Source: Octopus vulgaris (taxonomy: Eukaryota). Taken from it: DNA of 64,000 bases. A program made the translations under genes and the position numbers. Location of the stretch: NCBI GenBank assembly GCA_951406725.2, contig OX597823.1:2170001-2234000 (forward strand), written 5' to 3'. The notes under the pieces were generated by a model that saw nothing but the letters and a program-made list of their open reading frames with translations, was not told the origin of the DNA and searched no databases. Shown piece by piece: positions 57,551 through 64,000 of the stretch (its first letter is position 1; every line of letters begins with the position of its first letter).

Positions 57551-58601
57551 ACTAGCAGAGATACCCGGTGTTGCCCGGTTATATTCAATTGAAGAATTAG
57601 ACTTTTCTGTTATATTTTCTGAATGAACTGGAATATCTCTGTTTCGAATTTCATCAAAATTGCAGATGAGGGTTATTTCCCTCTTTACACACCCTAAAAA
57701 AATTGTAATCGTGCAACATGGAAACCAAAAGACGAATGATCACAATAAGCAGTCAGTTACCCTACCCTAGTCGTTACCACTCCCAATGTAGGATTCCTCA
57801 CCATCCAGGTGACAGGCACAGCCGTAAGATGCATTACGAATCTATAGCAATTGGAAGGGCGTGACCCAACTGAAATCTACATTAACAACTGTGTGACGTG
57901 AGGGCTTAGGAGAAATTAAAGTGTCACCTCTGGAGTTTGCAAATGACCACTATACTAATACGTAACTGGACAGAATGAATTTAAAATCTATAAATGTCTT
58001 TGAATAACCAGTCACTCATCTGGGAAGGCCTTGTAATCAATGTTACCATCTGGGGACTATGTGTGACCGAGTGATAATAAAAAGACTGAAAGGAGGTCTG
58101 CAATCAAATAAATTTTACTCAACACTTTGGAACTGAATCAGTGGAGACAAAGATGCCTCTCATTTACTTAACAATTTATGCACCACATGGCAGAAATCAC
58201 AATATAAGTGCATATCAAAGCAAACTGTTACACTGTTGTACCATTGAATTAGAAATAATGCCCAACTTTTATGCTCGGGTAACCCCACAGCTTCCAAGAG
58301 CACAACTGTATTCGTTTTTGCTTAGATAAAATGACAAAATTGTGGGTGTTAAGTCCCCATGGAGGGGTCTTTCTAACTTTGTAAGAAGATGAAATTTTAT
58401 GAATATTACTTCATTTGTGTCTAATATCTATGGTTAAAATTTCATCAACAGCAAAAATATTTGAATTGTCATGGGGGTTATGGCCCTTATGCTTAGAATA
58501 TAATTTCCAAATTTCATAAAGATCCATTCAGTACTTATGACCTAGTTTTGGATCATAAAAGAAATGACTAAAATTTGGGAGTTAAGGCTCCCATTAGGGT
58601 G

Positions 58602-58605
<4 letters not shown>
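57551..58605 (+). mobile_element. Helitron/Helentron-like element with decayed PIF1 helicase C-terminus
   Basis: Start ACTAG...cccggtgttgcccgg. ILIRNW near 57955 resembles (M)LLRNL; AQLY near 58300 resembles HGQLY. Confidence 0.55.
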
Positions 58606-58674
<69 letters not shown>

Positions 58675-58685
58675 TATTATTTTAT

Positions 58686-61600
58686 CTAGTTTCAGCTCAC
58701 GAGCTGTGGCCATGCTGGGGCACCGCCATTTGGTGTTGCTACATGATTTTACTTCACGAATGCTTTTTAGCAATTGCCATTTGGTGCATGAGAGAGTTCG
58801 ATGCAGCTGCCCTCATCTGCACCTCCTGCCGTGAAGTTGGTTCATCTGGGACACCTGACAGGAAGAGATCCAGTTTTATTTTAAAGACATCTGCATCCAC
58901 TCCATGCAGGTCTCTCAGGTTCTTCGGGAGGATATTGAAGAGCTGTGGGCCTCTGAAGCCCAGGCTATCACAGTATCTTGTTCTACATCTTGATGGCAAA
59001 TTTGGAGTCCTTGGCACCACGCAGTGGCGCCTAGTTCTAGCATTTGTGTAACTCTCGATGCCAAAGTTTGGGACAAGTCCCTCCAGGTGTATATTATGGC
59101 ATATCTTTCTCGCCTACGCTCTAAGGAATATAGTCTTAATCTCTTGAGTCTTTCCCAATAGCTTATATGCTGCACAGAGGCTATCTTCTTCGTGTAGCTT
59201 CGTTGGATCGCCTCAAGTTCTGTGATTAACTTGACACTGGATGGTGACCATAGCTGAGAGCAATAGTCAAAGTGGCTTAGGACAAGTGTCCTCCAGAGGA
59301 CCATCATGGTTTCCTGGTCTCTTGTTCTAAAGGTTCTAAGAATCCATCCGGTCAGCCGCCTACATTTCATTGCAACATGTACATGAAAGGTTACATCATC
59401 ACTCATATAAATACCCAGGTCTCGCACTGATTGTGCCTCTGGGATTGCAATCCCCCAGGTCCAGTGTATTTATTGGGTATTGCATTTAGTTTTGCATGCT
59501 GATAGCATAAAGCTTGAAACTTTTCAGCATTGAACTGCATGCTATTCTTTTCAGCCCACTTGTATATTTTGTTCAGCTCACATTGCAGGTGCTTAGTGTC
59601 TTCAGGGTTCTGTATTACCTGTGAAACTTTTGTATCATCTGCATAACTTGTGATCGTGGCTCTCTGCGTGACTGAGGTCATGTCTGAGAGGGCCATTATG
59701 AACAGTAGTGGTCCCAAAACAGTGCCCTGCGGAACACCGCTCACCATTTACGTGTTAATGGAAGTGGCCCCATTGGCTACTTTCACCTGACTTCTATCCT
59801 TCAGAAAGTCATGAAGCCATTCTCCCAATTTTCCAACTATGCCAAGTCGAGATATATGACTTCTACATTTGAGTGGTCGAGCAGTCGTTTCAGCACCCAG
59901 TCATAGTGTTGTAGGAGCTGAGTTAAGCAGCTTCTTCCTGGTCGGAAACCATGTTGGGTGTCAGACAGTAAGTCATTTTCTTCAAGGAAGGTGATTAGTT
60001 TCCTTCTGACTATTCATTCCATGACCTTGCTGATGTGTGAGGTCAGAGAGATAGGTCTGTAGTTCTTGGCCTCCGCTCTGCTACCTCCTTTATGAATAGG
60101 GCATATTTTACCTTCCTTCAGTTTTCTTGGAAGTTTGCCAGTTGCAAGGAAGCTCTGAAAGAGGTACTGCAGTGGTCTTGCTAGGACTCTCTTACATACT
60201 TTTAGAAGGATTCCTGGGAATCCATCTGGGCCAGTAGCTGAGTTTGTTTTCACTTCATCTATAGCCTTTATTACATCGTCTTCCTTTATATTGATGTAAT
60301 TAATCATCGCTGCCTCTGATTTTATATCTGCAGTGGTAAAGAAGTCAGTTGGATTGCTGACTTGAAAATGCCCTAGGGGTGGAGTGAAAATACTCTTGAA
60401 TTGCTCATTTAGTATTTCACTTATCCTCATTGGATTTCCTGTGAGTGTGCCATCCTTTTCAAGGAGTGGCCCTATCCTACAGAGCACCGTAGCTGTTTCT
60501 TTGGCATACCTGTAGAAAGCTCTGGGGTTAGATTTTATGTTGTCTATAGTCCAGGCTTCTTTGTCTGCTCTTTCTTTTTCATGGGAGAGTTGCAGACATT
60601 TTTCAATTTCCAACAGTTTTATTTTCAGGCGGGACTTTTCACTGCTTTCAATTTGTTTGTTAAGGCGATTTGAAACTTTTGTACGCCGTCTCATTAGAAT
60701 TTTCCTCTCTCTCTGGGGATTTTGTTCTTGTGTACAGTGGCCTTTCTCTCTGGGACACATTTGTAGCATATGGCTTGCATTACAGACATGAATTGTTGAA
60801 GTTTCATGTCGATGTCTGGTGAGGAGAGACATTCAGGCCAGTTTTGTTTGAGGATCTTTTTCTCAATTTGTTTCCAGTTTGTCTTATGGAAGTTCAAGCT
60901 GGAAAGATTCTGAGAGTTTCTTGTAGGCTGCATGTCCATGCTTTCCTTTGACCCGTACATGGTCAGCTCTACCATGTTGTGATCCGAGAGTAATGTCGGT
61001 GTCACTTTCACATTATGGATGAGATCCATATTATTTGTGAAGCAGAGATCCAGTATGTTACCTGCCCTGGTTGGTTGGAGTATTACTTGCTCCATGTACA
61101 GAGTGTTGATAAGATTCAGGAGGGACCTCGCCTGTCCTCGTTCACATCGTGTCATTCCTGGGAGAGAAAGGCCCTCGGGCCATCTGACATTGGGTAGATT
61201 GAAGTCTCCCACAAGAAGTACACTTATGTGTTGTTCTGATGTGACTAGAACTTCTTCTATTTTTATAAGGCAGTCTTCAAACTTGCCTACATGGCCTGGG
61301 GCATCTGGAGGGCGATATGTAGCACATATAACTACACCAAGTTACCTTATATGTACAATTAGTGTGTCACACACCGAATTTGAGTATGACAAAAGGACCT
61401 GGGGTGTGAGGTCCTCGCGGATGTACATAGCAACTCCTCCATGACTCCTTTGTTTTCTGTCGGCCCGTAGTACAACATACTGTGGTATGTGTAATTCCGC
61501 ATCCGCTATGTCCGGTTTCAGGTGTGTTTCCGTAAGTGCTATGCATAAGGCTTGATTGCATGCAACAAAGTCTCTCAAGAACGGGATTTTTGTCCTGTTA

Positions 61601-61756
61601 CTGAGTGTTAGCAGTCCTCTGATGTTCAGTAGGAGCATACAGGGGATGTGTATACTGTTGCCGGTGGTGTCCACCTTGGGTCTATTTGCTGTGGCGGTCT
61701 TGTGTATTGTGGATAGTCCCATCTGCGAGTTTGAGTTTGATGGAGCCAGGTTAGCT
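58686..61756 (-). mobile_element. Near full-length ORF2 of a CR1/L2-type LINE (APE plus RT), several frameshifts and an internal deletion
   Basis: LNIRGL, ALTETHL, GGVAMY, YRPP, GDFN, LDLCFTN, SDH, GPDG, NYRPISLTS, SGVPQGTVLGPLLF, SYADD, SLERRRERY. Structured 3' tail next to (TA)n. Confidence 0.95.
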
Positions 61757-61827
61757 GTGTAAAATTTGAATGAACTTGGTTGTGTAGTTCTCAAATTTTC
61801 GGGAAACAGACAGACAGACACACATTT

Positions 61828-61896
<69 letters not shown>

Positions 61897-62917
61897 ATAT
61901 ATGCATACATACATATACATATGTGTGTGTGTATACATATGTGTATATATACATATATATATATATCAAATCATACACATAAATCAAAAATATATACGTC
62001 CTATCTTATTCTCCCTCTCTCTCCTCTCTCACTCTCTCTCTTTGTCTCTCCCTCTCTTTCTCTCTCTTTCTCGCTCTCTCTCTGCTTGTATCATGTATAC
62101 ACCCTCTCACACACACACTCAATTAACCTCCGAAAACAAACTCATTTCACTCTCCTTATCCAATCGTTAAAAGGAAAAATGGTGGCCGAGGCGTGGTATA
62201 TTACGGTGCTGCAGCATGACCACCGACGACACTGGCACTGAGGTGGTGGGGGAGAGGTGAGAGTGTTGACACAAGCTGACAAAGACGCTGATTGAGTCGG
62301 TACATCTCATGTAACGAGGTGAGACTAATTGAGCAACGGACGACAGGCGGGGAAGAGGAGACGTGTGGGGGGAGAGTGGGAGGAGAAAGGGAGAGAGGGG
62401 AAGAAGAGGTAAGAGAGAGAGGGAAAGACAGGGAGAACAGATGGGGAGAGAGAAAGTGAAGAGACATGAGGGAGGAGTGGGAGAGAGAGAGAAATGAAGA
62501 TGTAACAAAGAGATGGAAAGATGGGAAGAACGGAGAGAGAAAGAGAGTGGGAGAGAGAAGTGAGCAGGGAATGAGAGGGAGAGATATGGCGAAGTAGTTG
62601 GAGGTAAAGCAGAAATAGAGAGGAGTGGTAAGAGGGGAAGAGAGGATTGGGAGAAGGACGAAGAGGGAGAGGAAGATGCGAAGTGTCAGGCCAGGAAGTA
62701 AGGAGGTAAAGAGAGGGAGAGGGAGTAAGGGAGGTAGAACGGGAGGAGGCGGTGTCGTCTGCGAAGATCTCCAAATTTTAGACCGAAGAGGGACAATGGA
62801 TTGAGGACGGTCAGGGCTGCTTGTGTATTCATTTGATCAAATTAAACTTAGTTTGCCATTAATGATGTATTTGTTTATCATTTATCTCATTGGGGAGTAA
62901 ATAAACGGGGTGAGTAG

Positions 62918-62953
62918 ATAATGATAATAATAATAATGATAATAATAATAATG

Positions 62954-62985
<32 letters not shown>

Positions 62986-63013
62986 AATAATGATAATAAT
63001 AATGATAATAATG

Positions 63014-63045
<32 letters not shown>

Positions 63046-63166
63046 AATAATGATAATGATAATGATAATAATAATGATAATAATAATGATAATAATAATG
63101 ATAATAATAATGATAATAATAATGATAATAATAATGATAATAATAATAATGATAATAATAATAATG

Positions 63167-63198
<32 letters not shown>

Positions 63199-63298
63199 AA
63201 TAATGATAATGATAATAATAATGATAATAATAATAATGATAATAATAATAATGATAATGATAATAATGATAATGATAATAATAATAATGATAATGATA

Positions 63299-63330
<32 letters not shown>

Positions 63331-63575
63331 GATAATAATAATGATAATAATAATGATAATAATAATGATAATAATAATAATGATAATAATAATGATAATA
63401 ATAATGATAATAATAATGATAATAATAATAATGATAATAATAATGATAATAATAATGATAATAATAATGATAATAATAATAATGATAATAATAATGATAA
63501 TAATAATGATAATAATAATGATAATAATAATAATGATAATAATAATGATAATAATAATGATAATAATGATGATAA
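62918..63575. repeat. About 650-bp (AAT/GAT)n trinucleotide array
   Basis: Direct inspection. Confidence 0.97.
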
Positions 63576-63958
63576 TTATAGTAATAAACCTTTCTACAAT
63601 ATACAGGAGGCATGAAATTTGTGGGGAGCGGGTATATCGATAAATAACATCGTCGTGGGGATGGTGGCGGCGGCGGCGTAGGTGTTGGTGGTGTGGTGGT
63701 GGTGGTGGCAGTGGCAGACGTGGCGGCGGCGGTGATGGTGCTGCCAGCCTCAAATCATTCAGAAAGGAATTTATAGAGCAGAGAAAATGAAAGGTGTCCT
63801 GATGACAAGAAAATGGAATTCTAAGAACGAAGCAAATTGAAATTCAGCAATTTCAAAAAGCCGGAGACAAACGAGTAAAGAATCTCGGAGCCTCTATCTC
63901 GACCTTTAAACCAAATTTACATTTGACGGATATTTGTCCTCATCTTGTTTGTTGTTAA

Positions 63959-64000
63959 CACAACGTTTCGGCTGATATACCCTCCAGCCTTCATCAGGTG
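63959..64000 (-). ncRNA. Ultra-minimal hammerhead-like motif in a Penelope-like terminal repeat (cut by window end)
   Basis: Minus strand: cac-CTGATGA-aggctg-gagggtatat-cagcc-GAAA-CG-TT-gtg. Stem III is the loopless palindrome ACGT. Adjacent sequence recurs at 53535-53745. Confidence 0.65.

Overview
Eukaryotic, AT-rich, extremely microsatellite-dense animal DNA. The SINE families and repeat landscape suggest an octopus or other coleoid cephalopod (inference; not verifiable here). Only one host gene is recognisable: the first coding exon of Brachyury (T-box) on the minus strand (13294->13116), with the conserved phase-2 GT donor after NG-R. Its next exon was not found in 1-13115, so intron 1 is probably >13 kb, and about 50 kb of upstream gene desert fills the rest of the window. 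The Brachyury frame is open for another 273 codons upstream (poly-T/S/H/Q/N) with no in-frame ATG. The remainder is transposon-derived: two large CR1/L2-type LINEs (27.98-30.63 kb nearly intact; 58.7-61.76 kb decayed), R4/Dong-type fragments, a full-length mariner, a deleted mariner, a pogo-type MITE, Helitron/Helentron-like elements and at least three tRNA-SINE families. The most notable signal is a set of about 10 minimal type I hammerhead ribozyme motifs (CUGANGA...GAAAC-palindromic loop-GUH). They fall in several unrelated non-coding elements, mostly embedded in (TA)n. One is a 543/547-bp tandem array with one hammerhead per unit, i.e. a Penelope pseudo-LTR or retrozyme-like unit predicted to release a 547-nt monomer RNA. 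Most ORFs in the supplied track are microsatellite artefacts.
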